NCBI GenBank assembly: GCA_030390025.1
Contig: CM059432.1
Location: 53,880,001-53,944,000, forward strand
DNA from: Squalus acanthias
Taxonomy: Eukaryota
Direction of reading: 5' to 3'
Length of the DNA: 64,000 nucleotides
Positions 11,068-23,470 of this stretch are shown one piece after another (the stretch's first letter is position 1; each line of letters begins with the position of its first letter). The position numbers and the translations under genes were made by a program. A model generated the notes under the pieces. It searched no databases. It was not told the DNA's origin and worked only from the letters and a program-made list of their open reading frames with translations.

Positions 11068-13800
11068 AATGGCTCAGAAAGCCAGGGAAGGTGCACCCAG
11101 GGTCTCACACGCAGCACTCCAGCTTTGTGCAAGGGGTCAACACTGCAAGAGAGGTCCTCTACCCATGGGCCAGGAGGCCCTCCAGAAAGAATGATGTGGG
11201 ACCACATCACCAAGGCTGTCACTGCCAGCAGTGTTGCCCTCACCACCTGGCTCCAGTGCCCAAAGAAGCTTCATGACCTCAGACCAGTGGTCAAGGTCAG
11301 TGAATGCGGGCTCAATTTTAATGGACCTCAGAGGGCGGGTTTGGAGGCGGGTCGGCAGCGAAAATCGGAAAAATTGCCGGTTGGCTGCGAACCCGCCTCC
11401 AATCCGTCCCCACGCTAATTTTGTAAGTGTCGGGTCAGCCGCTCCCGAACTGGCCTGACACCAAACGGCGGGACAGGCAGTTAAGGCAGTTAACAGCCTG
11501 TTAAGTGACTTGCTAATCCTATTTTAATCTGCGATTCTGATTTTGGTGCTTTTGGCTCCTGTTTCCCGTCTTCCAAGAAACACGCCAGCTGCAATGAGTC
11601 GGGTTTCTCGAGGACATGATTTGTAGTCATTGCTGCAGCCGCTTAAATGCGCTCCTGTAACATGGCTGACATTCAAATGCCCAACTTTGTTGTTGGAGGT
11701 TTGGGATAAGATTTTGCAACTCTACTGACCTTGTGACTGTTCAAGCTGACACCCATCTGCAGTGTGACCTGATTGGAATAATCTCAGGCCACTTCTAGTG
11801 TGCGCTTGCAAGCTTCTTGCCTCAACTGAAATCTATAGCAACAGTATGGGAACCATTTATATCCTCTCATACTGCTCGTCAGATTCGGAGGAAGAGCAGC
11901 CGCGGCAGCATCACAACCAGCCACATTAGCAGCACCAGCACCAGGAGCGCCAACCTCCTCCTCACCCACCTGTTGATGCACATTACTAATACTAATTTCC
12001 TTTAATTCCTCCTTCTCACTAGACCCTTGGTTCCCTAGAATTTCTGGGAAGTTATTTGTGTCTCTTCCATGAAGACAGAACCAAAGTATTTGTTTAATTG
12101 CTCTGCCATTTCCTTGTTCCCCATTATAAATTCTCCCGTTTCTGACTGTAAGGGACCTACATTTGTCTTCGCTAATCTTTTTCTTTTTACATACTTGCTC
12201 ACTTTGGTGCTGTGCCTGCTTAGATGCCTTTGGCGGGCGTCCTCTGGGTTTGGGAGCCTCTGAGGGCTCCTCCACAGTCTGCTCTTCCTGCGGCTGTGCA
12301 GGGGCTGAGACGGCCATCTCAGTTGGGTGAGGAACCTGGGGCTCTGACCGAGGGCTCCGCAGGGGCATGGTCATGTGAGCGCTTGGAGAGGAGCCCACAC
12401 TTCCTTGTTGTCTGCCACCAACTTCCCTCTCATGGGTCACCCGCACTTCACAGCTAGCAAGTGCCTGCGTCTGTTGAGGAGTCTTCCTGCGGCAATCGGC
12501 AGGGAACAGAATGTCCCTGCGCCCTCTTACTCCCTCTACAAGAGCTTGCAGGGAGTCGTCATTGAATCTAGGAGCAGCCTTCTTGCCTGTGGCAGCACTG
12601 ATGGTGATCCTGGCCCTTTCCAGCAGCAGCAGCAACAAGAAATGAGAGGCTGAGGCTACATGGAGCCCTTAAAAACAAGTGCAGCAAAGACCTCATCAGT
12701 GCAGACCAACAGACCCACTGCACCTCATTGCAGCAGGCAGCGCGCACGACGGGACTAATTGGTCCAATTGAGCCAAAATGGGAAATTGGGAGCAGCTGAA
12801 ACCAGCAGTGGGACAGGAACCCCCCACACCAGGCAACCCGACTCCAACCCGCCTCCTCCATTAAAATCGAGCCCTGCATCTTCAAAAGCCGTCTCCTACC
12901 AACTGCACCACTAGCCTCACACACTTCTCAATGCACGACTCCCCAATCACTCACCTACCAACAATCTGTACCAATCACGAGGCACACCTCCCATTCCCAG
13001 CCTCACCTCACGCCCTTGGAGTAGATGGTGCAGGCCATTCTTGGCAGGGGCATGGCTGAGCCCTTGGCCAGCGGTGGGGCTGAAAGGATACAAGATGCTG
13101 GTATCCTTATATGTTACCCTCCTTCTGGCATGCTTTCTTGTCATCCCCTCACCGCAACTCCACCCTTGTGCCTTCCTCATTTCACACACCCAAGCAATGC
13201 AGTCTGCCCAGCCAGTGTTTGGCCAAGAAGAGGGAGAGGAGAGTGAAGAAGAAGAAACACCATCACTCAATTTGACACTCCCAGCCACCAGCTCCTCAAG
13301 ATCGACCAACAAGGCCATTTGCAGTGTGCCCCACTGAAAGTCAGCAGCCTTCCACCAGCCATGGTGCAGCCACTGGGGAAGCACTGCTTGACATCAGTAG
13401 GATAGGCAAAGGCACACAGAAGACAGTCACTAAGAGAATGCATACGGGTAATGAGTAGATTTCTTGAAGTCATATTGGATGGATAGATGTATAAAGTTGG
13501 ATTGGAAAGTTTGCTTTGTGGTGGCTTTTATTTCAGCATCGTGGCTGTGATGGTCAGTAACAGAGGGAAGGTAAGGTGTGGAACAAATGTTGAAAGGGGA
13601 ATTGGTGTTGTGGTCACTGGTACCGCAGGCAGATGATTCCATTCCGGATATCCTGGCCAGAAAGGGGCTGTCTGGGTTGCATCCTTCCTTCTGTTTCCTC
13701 CTCTTCGGCATCCTCCTCTTTGGCTTCTTCCTCTTTGGATTCTTCTTCTTCTGTTTCTTCCTCTTCTGCATCTTCTTCTTCTGTTTCTTCCTTTTCCCTC
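11068..13800 (+). mobile_element. Decayed Harbinger element: Myb/SANT gene remnants on +, transposase acidic C-terminus on -
   Basis: Myb exon 1 remnant (MWDHITKAVTASS...QCPKKLHDL), acidic exon 3 (EEETPSLNLT) and a minus-strand tail EEEETEGRMQPRQPLSG resembling the transposase end at 57600-57766. Outer boundaries not resolved. Confidence 0.65.
11308..12874 (-). mobile_element. Harbinger deletion derivative (1567 bp) inserted into intron 1 of the older element's Myb gene
   Basis: 18-bp TIR GGGCTC(A/G)ATTTTAATGGA, TSD TGC on both sides, Myb N-terminus APRFNDDSLQALVEGVRGRRDILFP on -, CR1 fragment nested at about 11986-12195. Confidence 0.85.
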
Positions 13801-13814
13801 TGCGAACGGAAGCT

Positions 13815-13950
13815 GTAAATCTGAAATGACAGCATAAAATGCTGGAAATACTCAGCAGGTCTGGCAGCATCTTGACCTGAGATGTGAACTATTTTTCTCT
13901 ATCCACAGATGTTGCCTGATCTGCTGAGTATTTCAGCATTTTCTGTCTTC
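13815..13950. mobile_element. Penelope-like terminal fragment in inverted arrangement
   Basis: AAAATGCTGGAAATACTCAGCAGGTC...GATCTGCTGAGTATTTCAGCATTTT; same sequence as the end of 53003-53485. Confidence 0.7.
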
Positions 13951-16619
13951 TCAGAGGCCTTCCTTTACCATCCGAAGCCATGCAAGCGTCCAGTACTCCC
14001 TACACACTTAAAAAACTTTTAACATCTATTGCAGCAAGTCACTACTTCAAGAAAATCAAAAAAATCCAGTCCAAAAGCTTAAATGCAAACTTACCTGAAA
14101 GATGTGTGTGTCCCTTTAAGAGGTGCTGACAGCATCTCTGTCAGTCTTCTGCATGCTAGGTTTACCTGGCAAGCTTAGGATCCAACGCTGAACTCAGCAC
14201 AAAGGTTCAAGTTCGCCGTGGTGACATTAAGTCGGCATGGCGTCACCTCTCCCTCATTTCAATTTGCAGGGCGATGGATGTTACCAGCAGCCTGGGAAAA
14301 TGGAGGACTCCGCGGGATGCACCACCAGTTGGCGAAAGAGTGGCGGTCACCCTCTTAACGCAACTTTTTGCCGGTAACGAGTGGCATTGAGCCCCCAAAT
14401 GTTTGGCCCGCAGTGTCTAAATCAGGAAGGATAAAGCAGGAAGTATAAATTCGATTTAAATCATGTACAGAATGCGAAATAAAGATCAGGAAAGACAGAT
14501 GGGATTAAGAGAGAGAGATAAAAGAGACAAACAGAGAAAGTTAAAAAAAATGTTATTTTAATTTTTTTAAATCTCCAACACTAATTAACTTCTGAAGGAA
14601 TGGGACTCCACCCTTGTAAAATTACATTTTCAGGGCCAGAGGGTTGTTTGGCAGTAATTATTAATTACCACGCCATTAAAAATTCACTCACTCGTGAATT
14701 CACCAGCCCTAACTTTTTATGGCGTCTTTAGTCTAGAACTAATGGGCAAGTACCCCAAGTTCACGTCATTGCATGTCTTTCAATGCTGAGTCTATCGGCG
14801 AGGACTGTTACAATGCACTCTGTGCAGGAGCAGGGTTAATCTGACAGCAACTTCTGGGAGAGCAGCACTGACTGTCAGGAGGCTGTGAGAAAACCCAAAT
14901 ATTCAGCAAGGGGCACATTTATAACATGTGGAACTTTTATAAGGCTTGTGCTAGCCTTCGTTCTAAATCTTACCAACCGTGCCTTTGACCACTTCTACCA
15001 GCAGAGACTCCTAAAACCAGCCCTAATACGAACAGTACATTGGAGTAAAATACACATAGACCATCTTTGCAAACATGACATTTGCAAATTACACTTTTTT
15101 GGAAGAGTTGAGATGTAAAAATAATTCAAAGTGAGATGAGATTGGATAATGAGATTGCTTATGAATTATTATGCCCAAATCAGAAATGATCTGTCATAAT
15201 TTACCACCACCCCGACATCTATTCTGTTTTTCCCTCACATCCATATTTAGCATTTTTTCAGATGTTCAAAATCTTCACTTTTTATTCAAAATTGTGTTTT
15301 TTTTTCCTGGTGGCTTTTGTTGAAGAAAACTTTGGTACAGTTTGTGCTTCAGTCCATCGCAAGCCAATGTCATTGAGAAGCCAATCTGTCTGTGCAACTC
15401 ATTGTTCTCATCGAAGAATTAGATAAAGCCGAATGCGACTTAACAACGCAAAGTTTCAAGGTGAAAGAACAAGTGGAACAGAGAGACGAGAAAAGAAATC
15501 CAATGGTAAGGAGAAAAGCAAGACAACAAAAAGACTGAAAGGCAACAAGTAAAGAGCAAGAGATTGATGCAGAAAGACTGAGACTGAGGATAGAAAAGAG
15601 AGACTGGGAACAATGAGGAAAAGGATGCACAGGAGGCAGAAGTTAAGATTTAAAATTCAAGAAAGGCAGCATAAGGGAAATTGGGGTAGGAGAGAAACAA
15701 AGATGTTAACTGAGTGAGTAACAGAGCTGTATATGGTGTGGTGTCAAGGTTTTCAAAATCAATTTATGCTTGCATTTTAATATCTTATACTTACAGGCAG
15801 GGACAAGTTTGATACTTGTGGATACAGGATCCCAAGTTTGGTAATAGAGAATGGGTGGATCACACAAACATTCTAAGGTGTTCAGCCACTCCTAATGACA
15901 TTTATAAACCATTGTTTCAGCCATCACTTGTTTCTATCATTATTGGGCCATCATTTGCTGTAGTAGGCCATCTAACAGGTAGTTAACAGGCAGAAAATAG
16001 GATTATCCCCTTTTTGCCCTCACAGGTGCGGGCTTCCCGAAGGCTCCAAAACACGCCAGCTCAGCGAGGTGAGTACTGGGTCTGCGGGGGTCAGGGGGGT
16101 GCAAAAGTGTGGTGTGAGGTAAGTGAGGTGAGTGTAGAGGTGGGTATCTGAGGTAAGTGCAAAGTGTTTTTAAAAGTGTACTTATCTTTGTTTCTTCCTG
16201 CAGGCTTCAGTCGGTTTGTATGCGGAGAGTCTCGGACCTCCGTGTTGCAGATGAGAGATGGCCGTTGCATTCTCAGATGCAACAACCATCTCAATTCTGT
16301 AAAAGAAAGACGGTTGATGAGGTTTTGTATGCAAGACCTCATCAAACTGCAGAGAATGTCTCGGTTTGACAGCTTCACAGAGCTGTCAAACGATGACAAT
16401 TCATCTGTCAAAAAATTTTGACAGATGAAACGTCATATGTTGACATGCTCTGCAACCGGCTTTCCCTTAATTGGCCTGCTAAGCCCGCTGGGCAGGTTTA
16501 ACAAGGTCAATCAAGGAAAAATAGCGTGGGTTGGCCACAAATTGATGGAGGCGGGAAATCGACCCGACAAGCAGCAGTCCCGCCTCCAATGCGACCCCAT
16601 TCACAAAATCGCCCCCATA

Positions 16620-16728
16620 GAGTCATAACAGCACAGAAGGAGGCTATTCGGCCCATCTAGTCCGTGCTGGCTCTCTGTTGAGCAATCCAGTCAGTTCCAT
16701 TCCCCCGCTCTATCCCCGTAACCCTGCA
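16620..16728 (-). mobile_element. Short CR1 3'-end fragment
   Basis: ACAGCACAGAAGGAGGCTATTCGGCCC matches the reverse complement of the CR1 3' UTR. Confidence 0.7.
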
Positions 16729-16740
16729 TTTAGAGTCATA

Positions 16741-18960
16741 GGCCACGATTTTGCCGGCGGTCAGAGGGCGGGTTTGGAGGCGGGTTGTAGGGGGTGGTGT
16801 GGTAGGGTCAGCTTCACCTCTGACTCAGGGAGCAGTTCGAATCGCTCCCACGCCCCTGGTTCTAGACCTTGGACTTATTTGGGGGTCGTGAACAAAGGTG
16901 CAGTAGACAACAGGTTTTGACGAAAGAATTTTGACTTTTATTCAAGAAAGTAAAACACAACACAAACACTCTTAACACACTAAAGGTGGGGAACACTTCG
17001 GTACACGCGAGGGAAATAACATTAGAAGAATACTTCACCCCTCCCAATCCCATTTCACTAGCTAGGTTGGACTCTGGAGAACCAGGGATAATGCTCACCA
17101 AACGAATCCTTGACAGTTGAGAGTTAGGGTTTAGAGTCTTTTGAGTAAAAGGTTTCGTAAGGCCCTTGTTGCCGCGAGGTGTCTGATGGTCACTGAGGCG
17201 GTCACTCTGGTCTCTTCTTGTGTGTCAGCCTACTTCTGGAGCTGTTGGTTTTCTTTGTTGAACTGCTTTCTGTTTAAACTGTCTTCTTCCGAGCTGTGGA
17301 ACTGCCTTCTTGCAGAACTGTGGAAACTGCCTTCTGCCTGCTTGTTGAACTTGAACTGTTTTACTGGAGAACTGGAGAACTCCCTTCTTACTGAACTGTC
17401 TTCTTTAACTGCCCAACTTGCTTCTCCTGAACTCTGTAATTCCAGCACTGACTTCTGCTGAAAAACAGGCTTCCAAATTGAACTCCAAAACTGCAGAACT
17501 GCCTTCCATTGAACTTGAACTGTTGTTACTCCTGAACTGCTTCATGGGCCTTCAATTATACTAAATTGAAGTGGCCTTATCAAAACCAAATCAAATCCCG
17601 GTCATTGTAAGACCTCATTAACAGTAACGACTTTACTAGCGTGTTAACTGGTTTTGTAAATGTGTGAAGTGGTTTCAAAATAGCTCCATCCTGTCGATCT
17701 GTTGTTTAATCAGAGTTTGAATTGTCCTCATGTTTTGGGTTTCTTGACTGGGCCTCGGACTTCGATCGAATATTTGCTTTATGCATGTCTTTAATGGGTT
17801 CTGTAATCGGTTTGATGGGACCTGTTGTTTTGGGTGGGGCTGTCTCCTCCTAGGGTCTATTGTCAAAATGTTAATGCTTGCTGGGGCTTGAATGAGGTCA
17901 TCCCGATTCCCCTAACAATGCAATTTAACTGCAATACCCAAAACTGCTTTTGCAGAGGTCGAGCCCCAACTTCCTTCACAGCCTTTTCTCCCTTCACAGG
18001 CCCAGACATGCTTTTAAAATGCCAAAACTTGGTTTTTGGTCTTACAGTCTCTTAGGTTAGGCCCAAATGCATTTTTTATCACTCTGAGGTAGTTCCAAAG
18101 TCCTTTTTCCTTAGGTTTTGGGGATCTGCAAATTTTGAAAACCTTACAGGGTCATAGGTTAAAATCGTTTTGATTGACGGCGGTTTGCGATCCCGCCGTC
18201 AACCCGCCTCCAAACAGCTTTCCCAAGTGTTGGGTCCCTGATTTGCGAATGGACCCGACACCTAGCGGCGGGAAGAGGATTAAAGGCCTATTAACAGGTA
18301 GTTGCCAGTAGTTGTCAGCCTATTTATGAATTTTGCCGCTTCTGGCTCGGGTTTCCCAACATCCGGACACCATGCCAGGTAAGTGTGGCGTGTTGTGAGT
18401 CTGCTGCTGTAATGTTTCTGGATTGATGACAGCTGCAGAAGTGATGTGAAGGATCCAATGTTGCACATGGTGAGTCTCAGAGGAAAGAAAATGTTGGGTA
18501 CTGCATTTTTAAAACACATACAGATTACTTTAGCTTAAAAGTTTTTAAATCTATGTCCAGTGCCACCTCATTGGGAGAATCTCTCTTACCAGTGACAGAT
18601 CGCTTCTGTCACTTTACCTGCAGCTGCCATCTATTCCAGGCTATGGAGGGAGTCATTGGAGAGTCTGGGTGCAAGAGGTCCTCTTTATGCAGTGATTGTC
18701 AGTGTTTGCAGCTACTCAATGCTGTCAAACACTGAGAAATCAACTGTCAAAATAAAATTGTGCGTGGTCCCTTTAAGGAAACCGGCAGATGACGCATCAT
18801 CAAATGATGTCATCTGACCCGCTTCCTGTTAATTGGCCGGCAAGCCCACAGGGTGGGCTTAACAAGGTCAATCAAGGCAAAATCATGCCTGTGGAGTGGA
18901 TGCAGCTGGGGGCGGGTCTGGAAGCTGGACACCACCTGACCCGCACCCAACCCGCCTCCT
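16741..18960 (+). mobile_element. Non-autonomous Harbinger-like element split by a solo LTR
   Basis: Start GAGGGCGGGTTTGGAGGCGGGT is shared with 11331-11352 and resumes after the LTR; 18790-18890 is homologous to 16420-16520. Confidence 0.6.
16786..18148 (-). mobile_element. Solo LTR (1363 bp)
   Basis: TGTA...TACA termini, 4-bp TSD GGGT (16782-16785 and 18149-18152), AATAAA on - at about 16937-16942, internal GAACTG-rich repeats. Confidence 0.8.
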
Positions 18961-19356
18961 TTATGTTTTTACATTTTTTAATACATTTTTTATGTGGCAA
19001 GTTGCTGAAAGTGCGAGCTAATAACATCACAGCGAGGGAAACAGGGGATCTGGGACCTGAGTGAACAGGGCAAGCAACTGTGTATCTCCTTAACCAATCA
19101 GATTGAAGGACTGTGAAATTAACAGCACAAGGACTGAGAGGGAAGTGTAAATTAGAGTGGGTGAATTCAATGCCAAATCAGGTACAAAAAGAGAAATAAA
19201 GAGAAGGAAAGAAAGATTGGATTGAGAGAAAAAAGAGCAGAAAGGAAAAGTAAACATTAAAACAAATATATATTTTACATTATTGAAAACTGCAACAACA
19301 ATTAAAACCTGAAGGCATGAGACTCCACACTTGTAATAGTTAATTTTCAGTGACAG

Positions 19357-20190
19357 AGAGGACATAGAAAGGCCAGTAGAATGGGCAGACAAGTGGCAGA
19401 TGGAATTTCATACAGAGAAGTGTGAGGTGATGCATTTTGGCAGAAGGAACAGGGAGAGGCAATATACACTTAATGGCACAGTTTTAAAGAGTGTTCAGGG
19501 GTAGAGGGACCTTGGAGTTAATGTGGCAGGACATATTGAGAGAGTGGTTAGCAAAGCACATAGGATCTTGGGCTTCATAAATAGAGGTATTGAGTACAAA
19601 AGTAGAGAAGTTATGCTGAACCTTTATAAAGCGCTGGTTAGGCCACAACTGGAGTATTGCATCCAGTTCTGGTCACCACACTTTAGGAAAGATGTGAAGG
19701 CGCTTGAGAGGGTGCAGAGGAGATTTACCAGAATGGTTCTGGGGATGGGGGATCTTAGCTACAAGGACAGGTTGGAGAAGCTGGATTTGTTTTCATTAGA
19801 GCAAAGGAGGTTGAGGGGTGATTTGATAGAGGTGTACAAGATTATGCCGGGTTTGGATAGGCTAGATGGGGAAAGGCTGTTCCCACTAGTTGATGGTACA
19901 AGGACTAGGGGACACAGATTTAAAGTTTTGGGCAAGAGATACAGGGAGGATGTGAGGAAAAAACTTTTTTACGCAGCGAGTGGTGAGGACCTGGAACTCG
20001 CTGCCAACGGAAGTGGTGGAAGCGGAGACACTCAATGTTTTTAAGGGGAGACTGGATAGGCACTTGAGGGAATTAAACTTGCAGGGCTACGGGGATTGAG
20101 CGGGGGAATGGGACTGACTGGATTGCTCTACAGAGAGCCGGCACGGACTCGATGGGCCAAATGGCCTCCTTCTGTGCTGTTATGACGTTA
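19357..20190 (+). mobile_element. 5'-truncated CR1 LINE inserted into an older AT-rich repeat
   Basis: ORF 19523-20044 with RPQLEYCIQFWSP and RRLRGDLIEVYK. Flanks 19100-19356 and 20195-20400 join into a repeat homologous to 14420-14860. Confidence 0.9.
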
Positions 20191-21894
20191 TAAATGGCAG
20201 TAATTAACACTTATCATGTTATTAAATGGGTACTTAGACTGGAATGGACAAGACTTAACTTTCTGGGGCAAGTTTAGTTCTTATCTACCACACAAATACA
20301 GCAACTTCACGTCATTCAATGCATTTCAATGGTGAGTCAAACAGTGAGATGCTGTTTTTGTGAAGCTAACGGCGGAGTGGCGCAACTCAGACAGCAACTT
20401 TTGGATATTTGAGTTTAACTGATCATCTGCCCCTCGCCTGAGCTTGCAGTGCCATTTGCACATAAATAACAGCGAGCCTTACCATTATTTTGACAGGAAA
20501 ATCTATGCCATTGTTTTCATGAAAACCTATTGTTACATGTTATAATTATGGTGGGGCTTAGGCTAAACTTTAAATTTATACACAATTGAGTGCTATAGTA
20601 TTTAATTGGAGCTTGTGGCAGGTGCTACTGATTCAATGATTTCACCATGGAGGCTCAGAGATGGTTAATGGTAACTGTATTTATTATCAGAAATCTATAA
20701 TGCTGCAAAGATATCCTACGCACATGGCTTCAAATTCTAGTGGATTTGATGCTCAGTTAATAACAAGGTTCAAATTTGGAAAACTAAAGGCTTATCGGAT
20801 CTTGTTTGAAGAGCCAGTTTCTCAAATGAGGAAGATATTTCTCTCCTACATCTACCTGGGTGCTCAGTGGTGTTGGTTGTACAATATTTCTAGTAAATTA
20901 GCAACCTTGAATGCAGTTCAATATCCCTTACCTTTGTGTGACACAGAGTGACAAGAATAAGAATGGGGAACAAAAACATTTTTTGTATTTCAAAGCTTAT
21001 TCTTTCTTATCCAATAGGGGATGATCAAGATCAACATTGTGTTAAAAACAACTGCTGGAGTTACTGACTATGATAAGCCAAAGCCAGCTTGTACTCACAT
21101 TGTTATTCTTGAAACTGTAATCAGACCACTTTTAAATGACTGCAGCTTCAGGTGAAAAGATCAGAATACGCAAATTAAATAGATGCTGATTCCAGACACA
21201 ATCTTAAACATAAGTGAAGACTCTAGCAGACTAAGTTACATTGGAATGCCAATGATATAGATCAAACAGATGAGCTACCAGTTATGATCTTTATTCTGTG
21301 TATGTACATCACGTATTTATAACAGTAAAGTTAAGCAAAGCTAGAGAAAGTAACCACAATGATGAAGTATTGACAGTTTGAGATAGTTTTAAAATATTTT
21401 TAATATAAACTGTCAATCATTTTTCCCTGCTTTTCTCCTCATCTCCCCTCCTGTGCTTTAGGCCTAGCTTTTCAACTATGGTAGGTATCACAGCAAAACC
21501 TCAATTCTGTCCTTATTCAATACTCAATTCACCATTGGTGTCACTGATGAGTGATGAGAAGCAAGAACCGTAGTTTATTTGAATTTTTCTAGCATAAAGG
21601 TACTGAGGTGGAATGATGTACTCTCCTATAATCCTGTCTGTACTCAGTCAATTCAGCACAGGCCTGGGACTTTCTGGTCTATATAGTACAATCTATTGCC
21701 CAATCCAATTGAGCCACTGCAGGAGCTTTCTTTAACTGTTGCATACCTCACGTCTTGATTGATCTATTGTTAGATAGTGCCTTATCTCAGTTTTTGGTTT
21801 AACTTGGCATTGGCAATGTCACTTAATTCGTTCTAGTTATTTCTTGGTCTAGTTTTGTACTCTTGAAAATATCTAAATAAACAGTCAAATAAAG

Positions 21895-22002
21895 AAAGAA
21901 CATTCTGGAAACACTCAGCAGGTCACATCTGCTGCCTGACGTGCTGCGTATTTCCAGCATTTTCTGTTTTTATTTCAGATCTTCAGCATCTGCAGTATTT
22001 TA
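21895..22002. mobile_element. Penelope-like terminal fragment, inverted arrangement
   Basis: CTGGAAACACTCAGCAGGTCA...TGCTGCCTGACGTGCTGCGTATTTCCAGCATTTTCTGTTTTTATTTCAG. Confidence 0.65.
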
Positions 22003-22134
22003 CTTTAGTTTAATATTTTAGTTCAGTTTAGGTAGTCCTATATTATATTCACTACATGTTCCAATGCAAAGTACAGGCAACTCCACAGTTTCATTGCTTT
22101 TCTCAATAACCTGAAAGCTCACCTTTCAGACCTA

Positions 22135-22310
22135 CAGCCTGGCTGAGTTGTAAAACTCTCACTTCTGAGTCAGAGATGATGGGTTCAAACCCCATGGCAG
22201 GAGAACTGAGGGAGAACTGCATTGTCAAAAGTGCTGTCTTTGGTAAAAATGTTAAGCTGAGACCCTGTCTGCCTGTTCAGGTAGATGTAAATGATCCCAT
22301 GGCACTTTTT
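22135..22310 (+). mobile_element. Deu-type SINE fragment
   Basis: B-box-like GGTTCAAACC and Deu-domain-like CCCTGTCTGCCTGTTCAGGTAGATGTAAATGATCCCATGGCAC (recognised from memory of the family). Confidence 0.55.
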
Positions 22311-22971
22311 TTGAATGCAGATTGTTCAATTGCACAAGCTGTCGTAGGAAAATGTAATTGAAAAAAAAAATTATGTGTTTTTACAAGCAGTTCGGAAGCC
22401 TTCAGTAATGATGCACTGCATTAAAAATGTTTAAATCACCCCCAAGGTCAGAAGGTCAGCCAGGGTCGGGGAAGGCAGGCAGAATGAATGCTGCACCCAA
22501 GATGCACCCACATTCTGTGAAAGCAGAAAATCTGGGCTATTACGCTTCTGGTGCCACATCTAGAGAAAGTGCCGGAAGTGGTAGGGTTAAGCACGGATCC
22601 AGCAGAACACTTTCCAAAGATTTCTCAACCCATTGTATCCAAGTTTGCTGGCATAACTTGAGAAGAAAATTCTGCCCCAGGTTTTCTCAACTAATCTGAT
22701 TTTCTGATTATAAGAAAAGAAAAGCAATTATATTCATGAAAAGCAGGTTAGTCAGCATCTGAAAGAGGGACAGATTAAGATTTTTGATGGGACTCTTTGT
22801 ATTCAACTATCTGAGTTGTATCTGAAGTCAAAGTCCTGAACTTCTGCATATTTTATTCTACAGTTTCTAATTTATGACAGAAATAACCATCATTTCTTTG
22901 ACCCGTTGCCTTTATCAGAGCTTTGAGCAAAATGATAGTGATTTAAATGGCTTGAATAAAGGTTTAACAAC

Positions 22972-23470
22972 CTGCATTTATATTGTACCTTTAACGTAGT
23001 AAAACGTCAGAAGGCGCTTCACATGAGTGTCATCAGACAAAAATTGACACCGAGCCAAAGAACAAGACATTAGGACAAGTGACTAAGAGCTTGGTCAGAG
23101 ATAGATTTTAAGGAGCATTTGTAAAGGAGGAGAGAGAGGTGGAGAGGCAGAGAGCTTGAGGGAGGGAATTCCAGAGCTTAGGGCCCAGACAGCTGAAGTC
23201 ATGGCCGCCAATGATGGGGCAAAGGAATTTGGGGATGCACAACAGGCCAGATTTGGAGGAATGCAGACTTCTCGGACAGTTGTTGGGCTGGAGGAGGTTA
23301 CAGAGATAGGGAAGGGTGAGGCCATGGAGGGATTTGAACACGAGGATGAGAATTTAAAAATGGAGGCATTGGGGGACTGGTTGGCAATGTAGGTCAACGA
23401 GATGATGGGTGAATGGGACTTAGTGTGAGTTAGGATATGGGCAGAAGAGTTTTGGATGAGTTCAAGTTTA
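22972..23470 (-). mobile_element. L2-clade LINE 3' end
   Basis: ORF FKSLHGLTLPYLCNLL...FSCLGPKLWNSLPQAL and an L2-type tail ending TATATAAATGCAGG. Confidence 0.8.

Noticed and set aside
11784..12638. 284-aa ORF as a novel fusion protein
   Set aside because: Mosaic of a deleted Myb gene, an out-of-frame CR1 fragment and antisense transposase sequence; no sign of function.
13430..13870. Lys-rich and Glu-rich ORFs
   Set aside because: Derived from the (GAA/GAG)n tail of a Harbinger transposase.
15433..15505. ATG-to-donor segment MRLNNAKFQGERTSGTERREKKSN/gtaagg
   Set aside because: Purine-rich context, no supporting acceptor or partner exon; too weak to list.
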